A stretch of DNA of 64,000 bases from Methanobacteriota archaeon (lineage in GTDB: Archaea; Halobacteriota; Bog-38; Methanoflorentales; Methanoflorentaceae): the NCBI GenBank assembly GCA_963720465.1, contig OY970393.1, positions 416,001 through 480,000 on the forward strand, given 5' to 3'. Positions 34,630-44,479 of this stretch are shown here, one piece after another (the first letter of the stretch is position 1; each line of letters opens with the position of its first letter). The position numbers and the translations under genes were made by a program. Below the pieces are notes generated by a model that worked only from the letters and a program-made list of their open reading frames with translations, was not told the DNA's origin and ran no database searches.

Positions 34630-34854
34630 AGTCTACTTGGGCAACGTAATTCTTCTGCAGATGCTGCGTATTCGACTTCATTCGGCGCCCATTGCAGTCC
34701 ACAGCGCGTTTCGACTGGCTCCCAATGCGTCTGCTACTAACATCACAAATTATAAATAAAAACAGCGCGAGCATAAGCCATCATTAATAATGATATTTTG
34801 ACGATCTAGCCAGAGAGGCTGAACGCAAGTGGTCTTCAAAAGGGGTGTAGGACA

Positions 34855-36627
34855 TTGGCAAACCGAGCGGACTACGAATGGACTATAAAGACCGTGAATG
34901 ATCGAGAGATCATCGAAAAGCAGTGGCCAGGCAACATGCCGAGCTATGAGCAAGCCTGTGCCGAATTTCGCTTCGAAGACGTCGAAAAAGAGTTTACGTG
35001 GTACGATACAGGCCGCGTAAACCTCGCGCACGAAGCGATTGACCGGCACGCCGAAGGGTGGAGGAAGAACAAGGTAGCTCTCTACTCCGACGGTCCTGAT
35101 GGCGCACGCAAGTACACGTTTCTCGATCTGAAGTTCCTGTCAAACCAGTTTGCGAATGTGTTGAAGAGTCTCGGCATCGCCAAGGGCGACCGAGTCTTCA
35201 CGTACATGGGGCGCTACCCTGAGCTCTACATGGCGGCTATTGGCACGGTCAAGAACGGTTCCGTTTGGGGGCCGCTGTTTGGAGGGTTCAGGGCGGAGGC
35301 CGTCATGGACCGGCTGGAAGACAGCGGCGCGAAGGCCTTAGTCACCACCCCTGATCTCAAGGCGTCCAGCGTCGACGAGATCGTCGATAGCCTTCCTGAG
35401 CTCCAGTACGTGATCGTCGCAAAGTCGGACGGTGCCGAACTGACGGGCGAGCGTACGGTCAGCTTCGAAGAGGAGATGACGGGCGCCTCAACGACGCATC
35501 AAACAGAGTGGATGGACCGGGAAGACCCCGTAATGATGCACTACACGTCGGGAACGACGGGTAAGGCGAAAGGAGTTGTGCACGCCCATAACGCGATGAT
35601 CGGACACTACATCACGACGCGGTACGTGCAGGACGTCACCGAGTCTGACATCTACTGGTGCACAGCGGATCCAGGATGGGTCACAGGCACGTCGTACGCG
35701 TGTTGGGGTCCGTGGCTGAATGGTACGTCGCAGGTCTCGTACAGCGGCCGGTTTGATTCTGCCACGTGGTACGGCATCATCGACAACTATCAGGTGACCA
35801 TCTGGTATACCGCACCGACTGCGCTCAGGCTCCTCATGAAAGACGGGCTTGACGTCTCGAACAAGTTCGATTTTGGCAGCTTGCGATACATCACGAGCGT
35901 CGGTGAGCCACTCAATCCAGAAGTGATTCGCTGGGGGCTTAAGGCATTCGGGCTGCCCATCCACGACACGTGGTGGATGACTGAAACGGGTCAGATTCTC
36001 ATCGCGAACTATCCGTGCATGTCCATTCGGGAGGGCTCGATGGGACGCCCGTTTCCGAGCATCACGGCGTCGATTGTCGATGACGCAGGCAATGAGCTCC
36101 CCCCAAACACTCCGGGGAACCTCGTCATAAAGCCGCCGTGGCCCGCGCTCTTGCGCAGCATTTGGAAAAACCAGGAGAAGTACAAGAGCTACTTTGAGAT
36201 TCCAGGATGGTTTAAGACTGGCGACAGCGCGTTTCGCGACGAGGATAACTACTTCTGGTTTATGGGGCGCGTCGATGACGTCATAAAAACCTCGGGAGAA
36301 CGTGTGGGCCCGTTCGAGGTGGAAAGCGCCCTTGTCGAGCACCCGGCCGTCGCTGAAGCGGGCGTTATCGGAAAGCCCGACGCGCTGCGCGGCGAGATCA
36401 TCAAGGCGTTCGTGAGCCTCAGGGCAGGACAGATGCCATCTGAAGACCTCAAACAAGACATCTCGCAGTTTGTCAAAAAACACTTGGCAGCCCACGCGTT
36501 TCCGCGCGAGATTGAGTTCATGGAAAAGCTCCCGAAAACCCGAAGCGGCAAGATCATGCGGCGGGTGCTCAAGGCACAAGAGCTCGGACTGCCTATGGGG
36601 GACCTCGCCTCACTCGATGAGGACTGA
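34855..36627 (+). CDS. acsA: Acetate--CoA ligase (AMP-forming)
   Basis: YTSGTTGKAKG, ADPGWVTG, DTWWMTETG, PKTRSGKIMRR. Confidence 0.95.
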   Translation: MANRADYEWTIKTVNDREIIEKQWPGNMPSYEQACAEFRFEDVEKEFTWYDTGRVNLAHEAIDRHAEGWRKNKVALYSDGPDGARKYTFLDLKFLSNQFANVLKSLGIAKGDRVFTYMGRYPELYMAAIGTVKNGSVWGPLFGGFRAEAVMDRLEDSGAKALVTTPDLKASSVDEIVDSLPELQYVIVAKSDGAELTGERTVSFEEEMTGASTTHQTEWMDREDPVMMHYTSGTTGKAKGVVHAHNAMIGHYITTRYVQDVTESDIYWCTADPGWVTGTSYACWGPWLNGTSQVSYSGRFDSATWYGIIDNYQVTIWYTAPTALRLLMKDGLDVSNKFDFGSLRYITSVGEPLNPEVIRWGLKAFGLPIHDTWWMTETGQILIANYPCMSIREGSMGRPFPSITASIVDDAGNELPPNTPGNLVIKPPWPALLRSIWKNQEKYKSYFEIPGWFKTGDSAFRDEDNYFWFMGRVDDVIKTSGERVGPFEVESALVEHPAVAEAGVIGKPDALRGEIIKAFVSLRAGQMPSEDLKQDISQFVKKHLAAHAFPREIEFMEKLPKTRSGKIMRRVLKAQELGLPMGDLASLDED

Positions 36628-36696
36628 GCCCCTCCTCCTCCTTTTCTTTTTTCTCACATCCTTAAGTACGAGCCGTCCTCTTTGGTGTACGAGGGC

Positions 36697-37272
36697 ATGA
36701 CGGAGACCCAAAGTGGCATAGTTGAGTTTCGCATCACGCTGCGCGATCAGGAGCGCCGTCAGCCCAAGCTGTCCGCAATCCAAGAGCTGATCAAGGACCG
36801 CATCCACCAGTCAGCTGATTTGAGCGACCTCTACTACGCGCCTTCTGACGCCTATGCCGAGCTGGAAGCGACGTGGTCGACTTCAGATGGAACGCTCAGC
36901 GTGGTGAAAACGATCCCTGCGGGCTCTGTTGCAGTGCTTCACTGCAGTACGTATGTAAAACGTTTTGACCACACGAGAGAGGAGCTCAACATTAAGTCGA
37001 TCGTATTGAGCAAGGGGTACGACATCGGCGTCTGTACGGGGCGAAGCTTTGTTAAATACGCCTGCAGCGATCTCATGTATGCTGACCGTTTTTTCAGTTA
37101 CCGCTTTGGGGACCGGAGGTACTGGTTTGTCTGCTATTTGAGCTCTCTCGACGACGCTGAACTCATCAGTGACAGGTTCGTTGAGCTCTTCGGCGCACGC
37201 CGCGGGCCTCAGGTGTTTGCGTGGCTCAAAGAAGTACTCAGCTTGGAAAGGGCTCGCAGCTATAGCGCGTGA
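36697..37272 (+). CDS. Hypothetical protein
   Basis: GAGG before ATG; clean ORF. Confidence 0.6.
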   Translation: MTETQSGIVEFRITLRDQERRQPKLSAIQELIKDRIHQSADLSDLYYAPSDAYAELEATWSTSDGTLSVVKTIPAGSVAVLHCSTYVKRFDHTREELNIKSIVLSKGYDIGVCTGRSFVKYACSDLMYADRFFSYRFGDRRYWFVCYLSSLDDAELISDRFVELFGARRGPQVFAWLKEVLSLERARSYSA

Positions 37273-37521
37273 CGTGCGTCAGGCCCTGTCGCGGCTCATC
37301 GCTGTAGCCAGCGTGACCACCTCATTATCAGACGCCGTAGCGCACGGTCGCAGAGCGGACGGCAAAACACGCGTTACTTTTGATTTAGGCAGGTTTTCGC
37401 CTGTCGATGCCACGGCCTTTGTTAACCCCGCGTAACGATCGCAGCAAAGGCATCGTTAGCAGGTTCGCTTTAAATAGACGTCTCGCCACACTTCTATCGA
37501 CGTACTTGATTGGTGGTATGT

Positions 37522-37989
37522 ATGGACGATTGGAAAAAAACACTCGATGACCTCTTTCAAAAGAAGGCGGCCTACGAACAAAAATTAGCGGAAGACAGAC
37601 AGAAAGCTGTCGCCGCACACGCCCAGCAATTCTCACTCGTTGCGGCACTCTTCGATTCGACGATCAATCCGGCATTTGAAGAGGTACGGTCGGAACTACT
37701 GAAACACGGATCCGAACCGAACATCCTTCTCGCGCATCCGTCGGCCAGAGCCGGTTCCCGATTGGCCAGTGCACTTGAGATCGACGAGGGGGTGACCCGG
37801 TTCGGTTATGAGATTTATGCTCGTGTCTCTCCGACCGGGTACAGCTTGAATACGCGCGTGCAGGTAGACAACTACGAAACCGCCCGGCATGACCTCGCGC
37901 AAAGCCTCCTGCCCAACACAAGCTCAAAAAGTGACATTATCAATGACGTCGTCGAGCGGTACATGAAGGCCATAACGGCACAGTTATAA
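37522..37989 (+). CDS. Hypothetical protein
   Basis: GGTGG SD-like element; TTTAAATA box upstream. Confidence 0.6.
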   Translation: MDDWKKTLDDLFQKKAAYEQKLAEDRQKAVAAHAQQFSLVAALFDSTINPAFEEVRSELLKHGSEPNILLAHPSARAGSRLASALEIDEGVTRFGYEIYARVSPTGYSLNTRVQVDNYETARHDLAQSLLPNTSSKSDIINDVVERYMKAITAQL

Positions 37990-38091
37990 CGGGCGCATTC
38001 TCCCCCCATGCGCGGACCGCGTGAACGCGTGATAACTTGAACTATCATAACTGCACAAGCAGAAATGGCGTTAAGCCGAATCGTAACGTAG

Positions 38092-38521
38092 GTGACTAAA
38101 CTGAAGTTCAATGTAGATATTGCGACCTTAGTAACGCAAATTGATGACTTGTCCACTCTCTTAAAGGCAGCGATCGCAGGAGATCTGGTAGAAACGCTCA
38201 AACGGCAAAGCCCCTTGACGATCTTCGCTCCTGATAATGAAGCGTTCAGTAAAGTTCCAGCTGGCACACTCGACAGTTGCTCAATAACAAAGAACAGCTG
38301 ACTGGCGTTCTTACATATCACGTGGTGGCCGGGAAGCACTTTGCGGCTGATTTAGCCAAGCAGGAGACTCTTCTGACTGTTCAAGGTGGTATGCTCGAGG
38401 TTCACGAACATCATTGGCTGCGGCACGAGATCACGATAAACGATGCTGTGGTAAAAGATGCCAACCTTGAGTGTGCTAACGGTGTTATTCACATCATTGA
38501 CACCGTGTTAATGCCGACTAG
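38092..38521 (+). pseudogene. Frameshifted fasciclin (FAS1) domain gene
   Basis: LTIFAPDNEAF in one frame; VLTYHVV and NGVIHIIDTVL in another; break near 38275. Confidence 0.85.
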
Positions 38522-38763
38522 ACCTCGGTCTAAACGTCGCGCCGAAAAAATACTGAGAGCGGTTAACGAAACAAACAGCGGTTTTGTCAAGAGCTGGCTG
38601 TTTTATTTCGCGATTAAACGCAGGATTAACGCGCTAAAGGGAGATGTGAAACGGCATCAGAAACAGGGAGCCCCTAACAGAATGGAAAGAGGAGAGCACG
38701 TGGATTAACCCAGAGATACCAGACTTGCGATGAGGCATTTTGTCCCCCAAATCTGCTTTTTAT

Positions 38764-38955
38764 TCACGGGATAGTGAAGCCGAGGACGAATAAAAGTAGC
38801 ACGAGCAAAGCTCCTGGGATCCCAGCCAGTGCACAAATAATTACAGTGATGAGATTTATGGGCACTGCAAACCCAAGGAATTTCGCCAAAGCCAGAATGA
38901 TGAGGCCAAATATCGAATTAACTACTAGATATCTTATTGTGCTCCCCAGACTCAT
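38764..38955 (-). CDS. BofA-family small membrane protein (possibly N-truncated)
   Basis: NSIFGLIIL..VPINLITVIICALAGIPG. Confidence 0.75.
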   Translation of the reverse strand: MSLGSTIRYLVVNSIFGLIILALAKFLGFAVPINLITVIICALAGIPGALLVLLLFVLGFTIP

Positions 38956-39068
38956 AACACCAACTTAACAACAAGATCTAAAAGAAGGTTTAGATTTTTT
39001 TAATTCGCTGGTGAATCCGCTTCGCGGATTTTCTTGCGGACAAAGCTTTATTTGAGAGATATGCAGGA

Positions 39069-39353
39069 TTGTCTCTCTGGTTCACTCCCGGGCATCCCAC
39101 GTCTCCGTCACGCTGGAAGATGGTGCTACTGCTCACCGTGAGTATCTTCATAATGGCTGAGATCATCACACCTCTCCTTAATCTCGCTCTTGGTCTCTTG
39201 CCGCAACCTCTTGCGTTGTTTATTTCTTTGGGCATACAGGTTGCCCTGCTTACCTATTTCGTATTGCCGTGGCTTACTACAGAGTCGCGAAATGGCTTTA
39301 TGATGTACCGCAATCTGACGGATAGGTACCGCGGTGGTATTGCGGCGCGGTAA
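39069..39353 (+). pseudogene. C-terminal membrane fragment of an antibiotic-biosynthesis-monooxygenase (COG3224-like) protein
   Basis: WF..P.RWKM..LLTYFVLPWLT pattern without the N-terminal domain. Confidence 0.55.
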
Positions 39354-39871
39354 ATGACGTTTAATATCCATTTGTCTGGTATTTTCTAGAATTAGCGACA
39401 GGTTAGCGGAGTTTTTTTTAGGCCGCTGAGCTGGCTTCAGCGTGTTTGCAAGACTGAAGGGGCCGCTTTTTCGGCAAAGAGGTCGAGAGGAGTTGGGCTG
39501 AATAAGCAATGTGGGTTGACGTCTTTTCTGGCGGGGGGCGGTCTAGTCAGGATCATTGGTCCCTCTCCGCGCAGCAGTCGTCATGAACACGTGCCATTGG
39601 CGGGGACAACACAGATTCTGATCGCAAACAATCGCGAAGTGATCGAGAACAGTTCATCTGCAGCTCATTGTATTGGCGTTTAGTTTCTGTTATCTGTTTG
39701 GTCAACCAAGACCAACCTCTGAGGTGGCTCGGGGAAAGTTTATCTGCGATGGATAGTGCATGTTTAATAGATCATAATTTTTCACTATGATCTAGTAATA
39801 AGCCAAGTGAAAAATGTGGTGTACACCATACGCGAATATGAATTTCGTGTGGTTTTTGGGAGCGATGGAAC

Positions 39872-40633
39872 ATGAATGAACGTGAATTACATGCTCGATT
39901 TCGCGAATTGGGTTTTGAGCTCCCTCACCCATCCATCAAGAGATGGAGTCGGCAAGGATTACTCCCTCAGCCCGGCGTGGCCGCGTCGCGTGGAGTAGGT
40001 CGTGGACGAGGCCGTGCAGCCGATTGGCCCGAATCGACTGTAAAACAAGCAGCCGCAATCTACACGATGCGCAATCAGGGGTATCCGGGTCAGAAGAAGC
40101 GCATCTCACCAAAAACGGTCGCTGCGATTAGCGGCTTTGCCAATACATTCTTTGTATGGCTCGAGGAGTACCGCTCAAACGTCAATGATCCGCAGCTCAG
40201 CGCTTTTTATAACCGATTTTACACGCCGATCGATGTCAAGGTTCCCAGCGAGTTCATTAAGGAAAACGATAGGAAAAATGACAAAGGGGAGGTATGGTCG
40301 TGGAGACCAGCACTTTTTGATGAAGCTCGTGAGTCGCTTGCTGTGAAATGGATTGCGACCGTCGAAAAAATCGAGCTCAATATTCCCGTAACATCGCCTT
40401 TGGCAATCAAGTACTATTTCTCTCGAGCGAGACCGAGGGGCGATGACGCGCTGGAAAACGCCACCATTCCAATGCTCTACAGATTCGGTTCTGCAGAAGT
40501 ATCTGAAGCGGACGCGATTTATGTTATCGCTCTCACCTTTCCGGAATACGAAAACCTCGCACTGTCTTTCGAGAAGAACACGGCGCTTGTTGGCTTCAAG
40601 GACCGAGACGGTTGGACACAAGTGGTTCCATGA
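39872..40633 (+). CDS. MerR-like HTH protein of unknown family (paralog of 44480-45691)
   Basis: SIKRWSRQGLLPQP..GRGRGRAADWP; KWIATVEK. Confidence 0.75.
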   Translation: MNERELHARFRELGFELPHPSIKRWSRQGLLPQPGVAASRGVGRGRGRAADWPESTVKQAAAIYTMRNQGYPGQKKRISPKTVAAISGFANTFFVWLEEYRSNVNDPQLSAFYNRFYTPIDVKVPSEFIKENDRKNDKGEVWSWRPALFDEARESLAVKWIATVEKIELNIPVTSPLAIKYYFSRARPRGDDALENATIPMLYRFGSAEVSEADAIYVIALTFPEYENLALSFEKNTALVGFKDRDGWTQVVP

Positions 40634-40741
40634 GATACGCCAAGATGAAATGCGGGCCACGAGAAGCTGCTTCGCCGGGCCGGACTGGGTCGGTCGCGAA
40701 GAAGAAGTCAGCAGAGGATTGTAAAGGGGAGCATTTTAGAT

Positions 40742-41245
40742 ATGCAGTGCAAGGTCTGTTTACACCCTAAAAGGGCTCAAATAGAGCAGCAAGTAGCGGA
40801 ACGCACTTTGACGCAGTCACAAGCAGCTCTAATTGTTGGCTGTCACAACAGCACCGTCTCTCGCCACATGCGGTTCTGCGTCGCACCACACGTCGCGGAG
40901 ATCGCACGAAAAGCGAGAGAAACCCAGGGTATTAACGTCTTTCAGTGGCTAACGGAGTCGCATCGGAGGACACTCGACATCCGTGAGAGAGCCCTCAGTG
41001 AGGGGAAACTGTGCGACGCTCTGAGGGCGCAGGAGGTCGAGCTCAAACAACTCGCGTATATGGCGAAGTTGACTGGCCAGCACCACGATGCACCAGAGAT
41101 GAACTTCCGAATAAACCCTGAATACGTTCAGGCGATACAGGTCATTATGACCGAGCTCGGGCCTTACCCGGAAGTCAAAGAAAAGGTGGCGCGGGCCCTG
41201 TTGAGTCCGCAGGCGGAGACAGGGAATGACAGCAGGAGTACGTGA
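40742..41245 (+). CDS. Putative terminase small-subunit-like protein (CxxC + HTH)
   Basis: CKVCLHPKRAQIE..TQSQAA..STVSRH; overlaps the terminase ATPase gene. Confidence 0.65.
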   Translation: MQCKVCLHPKRAQIEQQVAERTLTQSQAALIVGCHNSTVSRHMRFCVAPHVAEIARKARETQGINVFQWLTESHRRTLDIRERALSEGKLCDALRAQEVELKQLAYMAKLTGQHHDAPEMNFRINPEYVQAIQVIMTELGPYPEVKEKVARALLSPQAETGNDSRST

Positions 41246-42011
41246 AGACCTTGCAGCGGCGATAAGTCCGGTCGTGTTCGCACAGTCGTTACATATAGAT
41301 CCGGACCCGTGGCAGAAGACCGTCCTGAATTCCACATCTAACCGGATCCTTCTGAACTGCTCGAGGCAAAGCGGAAAAAGCACGATAACGGCGATAATGG
41401 CGCTCCATCACGCCCTCTATACGTCGAACGCTCTTGTTCTCGTCGTAAGCCACACGCACCAGCAGGCAACTGAGACGTTCAGAAAAATCGTCCATTTCTA
41501 CGCGCAACTGAGTTCACCGATCCCTGCGACGGCTGAGACGGTCCGTCAGCTTGAGCTTGCCAACAGAAGCAGAATCATCTCTCTGAGTGGCCAGCGTCCT
41601 GACTCGCTCCGCGGTTTTAGCAGTCCGACGCTACTTGTCATCGATGAAGCCGCACTCGTGCTTGATGAAACTTATGATGAGGCCTTGAGGCCTATGCTGG
41701 CAGCCAGTAACGGAAAGATCGTGCTTCTCTCAACGCCGCATGGGAAACGCGGCTTCTTTTACCGGGCGTGGGAACACGAAGCTAACTGGCTAAAGATAAA
41801 GATCAACGCTGACGAATGCCCGCGAATCTCGAGGGAATTCTTGGAAGAGGAAAAAAAGAACAAGCCAGAGTGGCTGTTCAAGCAGGAATTTTTCAATTTC
41901 TTCGCGGAAGTCGTTTCTTCGGTCTTTAGACTTGAGGACATCGATGCAGCGTTAAATCATCCGGAACTTCCAGTGAGGTCGGAAATTGATTTGTCGTTGG
42001 ATGACCTTTAA
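41226..42011 (+). CDS. Terminase large subunit ATPase domain only
   Basis: DPWQ adenine motif, SRQSGKS Walker A, LRG, VIDEAA Walker B, STP motif III; no RNase H-like domain. Confidence 0.9.
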   Translation: MTAGVREDLAAAISPVVFAQSLHIDPDPWQKTVLNSTSNRILLNCSRQSGKSTITAIMALHHALYTSNALVLVVSHTHQQATETFRKIVHFYAQLSSPIPATAETVRQLELANRSRIISLSGQRPDSLRGFSSPTLLVIDEAALVLDETYDEALRPMLAASNGKIVLLSTPHGKRGFFYRAWEHEANWLKIKINADECPRISREFLEEEKKNKPEWLFKQEFFNFFAEVVSSVFRLEDIDAALNHPELPVRSEIDLSLDDL

Positions 42012-42230
42012 ATTATTTAGACTTATTTTGTGGGGTGCGGAGCTGGAGGAAGCAGCAGTGAGATTCAACCGTGCAGGGTTTGAGGTTACGGGTGTAGATA
42101 TTAAGGAGTAACCGAATTATCTCGTTCGAGCTTGTGCAATTGGGACGCAAACGCCGTCGACGACCCTCTTTACTCTTTTCAATGAGTAGATGCAGAAGCT
42201 CCTGTGGCGGTCTTCCTCCATGTCCAACAG
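42001..42230 (+). pseudogene. Decayed C5-cytosine DNA methyltransferase
   Basis: Across frameshifts: MTFKL-LDLFCG-AGG..FNRAGFEVTGVDIKE*PNY..PPC (motifs I, II, IV). Confidence 0.72.
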
Positions 42231-42272
42231 AGTAGTTTCATGCCGTTCGCCCTCCTACATTAGAATCATGCC

Positions 42273-43520
42273 CTATATCTCTTCAAAAAATAGCCGCGTC
42301 TTTCCTGCCGTCTGCACCGGCAGGGGCTTCGTTTTGATCACGAAAGGATAATGATTCGTCGCCTCGCCGACGGTGAGACACGTTCTCGGCGGCAATGCTC
42401 GCGCGACCTGTTGGATAGTTTCTGGGTCAATCCTCGTGGCTGGAGTAATATGTTCGAGGTCACCAGCTTCAGTTAAGTGGAATAAGAAGAGGTTGTCTGC
42501 CTGCCTAATCACAAGCTGCCGGATGGCCGTCGGTGTGTTAGTCATATAGATTTGGTACGTCCCTAAGTGGCGCATCCGTGTCACTGCATCGGCCCAATTC
42601 GTCTCGTGCAGGTACATATGGGCCTCCTCGGCAAAGATGAATAACGGGTCAAACCCTACTTCTAAAAGCGCTTGAATTTTGCGCAAGACGGTCTGGACGA
42701 CCAGATCCAGCGTGTTTTTGTTCTTCATCTCCAAGTTGATGATGAGCGCTCCGCCATTGGCGATTTTTTCAAGTTCGGACTCAGGTGTTGTTGCGTCAGC
42801 CTCGTCGTCGACAAAGAGGTTCGTCTTTTCTATGCGGTCCAACCGGCGGAGAACCGCTCCCTTAATCCGTCGATCCATACTCTCGTCTACCTTTGCGTAC
42901 AATTTACTGAAGGACACGGGCCCATTTTCCTCGATCGCAGCCCAAATGTTTCTGAGCTCGTACGCTGAGGGTTCCCCAAGGCCGATAGTCATTACCAGTA
43001 CGTCAAGAAACACGTCTGGTCGACATACGGAAGCGTAAAACGCAGATTCGTTCTTGGATCAAGCGGTCGAATGGTGTCGTAGTACGCGCTCTGACTAGCA
43101 TCGTCGTTGTATCGCATCGGGGGATACTCGTCGTTGATGTCAAACACGATACCTTTCGCTTTCTGGTCGATGAGGCCAAGGAGTAGTGCTTTGCCGATAT
43201 GGCTCTTCCCGCTTCCCTTCTTGCCCACGACAATGGATATTCCCTGGAGGTAAAAGGCGCTCGTAGTCAGCAGCGTCTTCGTGTAGGCGGTTTCCCCCAG
43301 CGTGATAGGATGTTCGAACCGCTCATGTGCTAGCCCAAGCTTCTCCAAAAGCCACCCGTCGTCTACTGACGTAACGGTCGCCCCTCTATCGGGAATCCAC
43401 CCACTCCAGTCGACGACGTTCTCTTGGCCGTCCTCGACGGCGAGGTCCTTACGTATCTTCGCCCGCGCGAACTTCATGTTGCGCACGTCGTGGTAGAACC
43501 GCTCGTACTCGACCGTGTGT
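42273..43520 (-). pseudogene. HerA/DUF87-type ATPase, 5'-truncated and frameshifted near 43020
   Basis: GKKGSGKS, FDINDEY in one ORF; FAEEAH, RMRHLG, RQADN in the next. Confidence 0.85.
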
Positions 43521-43688
43521 GTGGGTTGCTATGAGAAGATGAAAAAGGAAGCGGAAAACGAAGCAGTCGCAAAGGCGGTTAACGCGGCTCTAGCGCCGTA
43601 TTTGAACGACTCGTTGCCTACTGTCAACGTCACGGACGCAATTATGCAGAAGGGCGAGGTAGTGCACGCTATAATGGACGCGACGTGA
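43518..43688 (+). pseudogene. Gene fragment abutting the HerA truncation point
   Basis: CVGCYEKMKKEAENEAVAKAVNAALAPYLNDSLPTVNVTDAIMQKGEVVHAIMDAT*; protein-like but short. Confidence 0.4.
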
Positions 43689-43802
43689 ACTACGATCTAT
43701 TTTCACACTATAGACGCAAAGAACTGAGGACAAGTCGGCAAATTGCTCGTCTGATTCTATTAAAATGAGAATTGTCTCTCCGGTAATGTGTCGTCTAAGT
43801 GC

Positions 43803-44351
43803 TTAAATATGACTAAAATTCGCCACTAACATCACCTCAAAGGAGCGGCTGCGTTTTTTTGCCATCGGTGCCAACGCGATCACCCAAACAATCACGACGG
43901 CCACTACTATTTCTGGTCCAGAGAACAACTCGGTATCCTTGAGGGCGCTAAGTGTCATCATTGCCAGCATGGCCAAAGGCAAGCTGTTAGCTTCTATTTC
44001 AGCCAACAGGGCTCTCACAGAGCCGAATCTTACTTCACGTTTTTTCAACTCAGTACCCTCTACGGATCCGACGTCCGGAGAATCTACTGCCTTCGGGAGA
44101 ATTTCTGGGACGAAATGCCAGTTCCCGTCAATTTCTGAATGATTCGCAAGATCCGTCTGCTTCGGGTGGTGGCGAAAATTCTCGACGCTTGCGTTGCCTG
44201 TCAGATGTATCTGGTCGCCATCGCAACATTCCTTGAATTCCATCCGGCGCATTTGCGAGGGCGATGATGGTACCCTCGCTGTTTCGACCCAAGATCGCAA
44301 CGATGCGCTCGTTTGTCTGGTCAAGCGCTTCTTTCTTGAGTCGTGTGTCAT
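43803..44351 (-). CDS. Hypothetical protein with C-terminal hydrophobic segments
   Basis: AAGGA SD-like element; two hydrophobic stretches. Confidence 0.45.
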   Translation of the reverse strand: MTHDSRKKRLTRQTSASLRSWVETARVPSSPSQMRRMEFKECCDGDQIHLTGNASVENFRHHPKQTDLANHSEIDGNWHFVPEILPKAVDSPDVGSVEGTELKKREVRFGSVRALLAEIEANSLPLAMLAMMTLSALKDTELFSGPEIVVAVVIVWVIALAPMAKKRSRSFEVMLVANFSHI

Positions 44352-44479
44352 AGGTTTTCCTTGGAGCGCTCAGCGCCCCATAAATACTTAGGGCTGAAAA
44401 AAAGTAAAGATTAATCAGAAAAGCCTATCACTCTTTCTCAAATATATATACTTCAGAAGATGACGGGGACCCTTTTACT

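Noticed and set aside
35488-36579. 363-aa antisense ORF (also 17965-18789, 17442-18110 and many shorter ones)
   Set aside because: Shadow frames of well-supported genes (acs, thermosome and others) with no motifs of their own.
39530-39575. GCGGGGGGCGGTCTAGTCAGG resembling a tRNA 5' end or att site
   Set aside because: No T-loop, anticodon arm or matching acceptor stem, and no second copy found.
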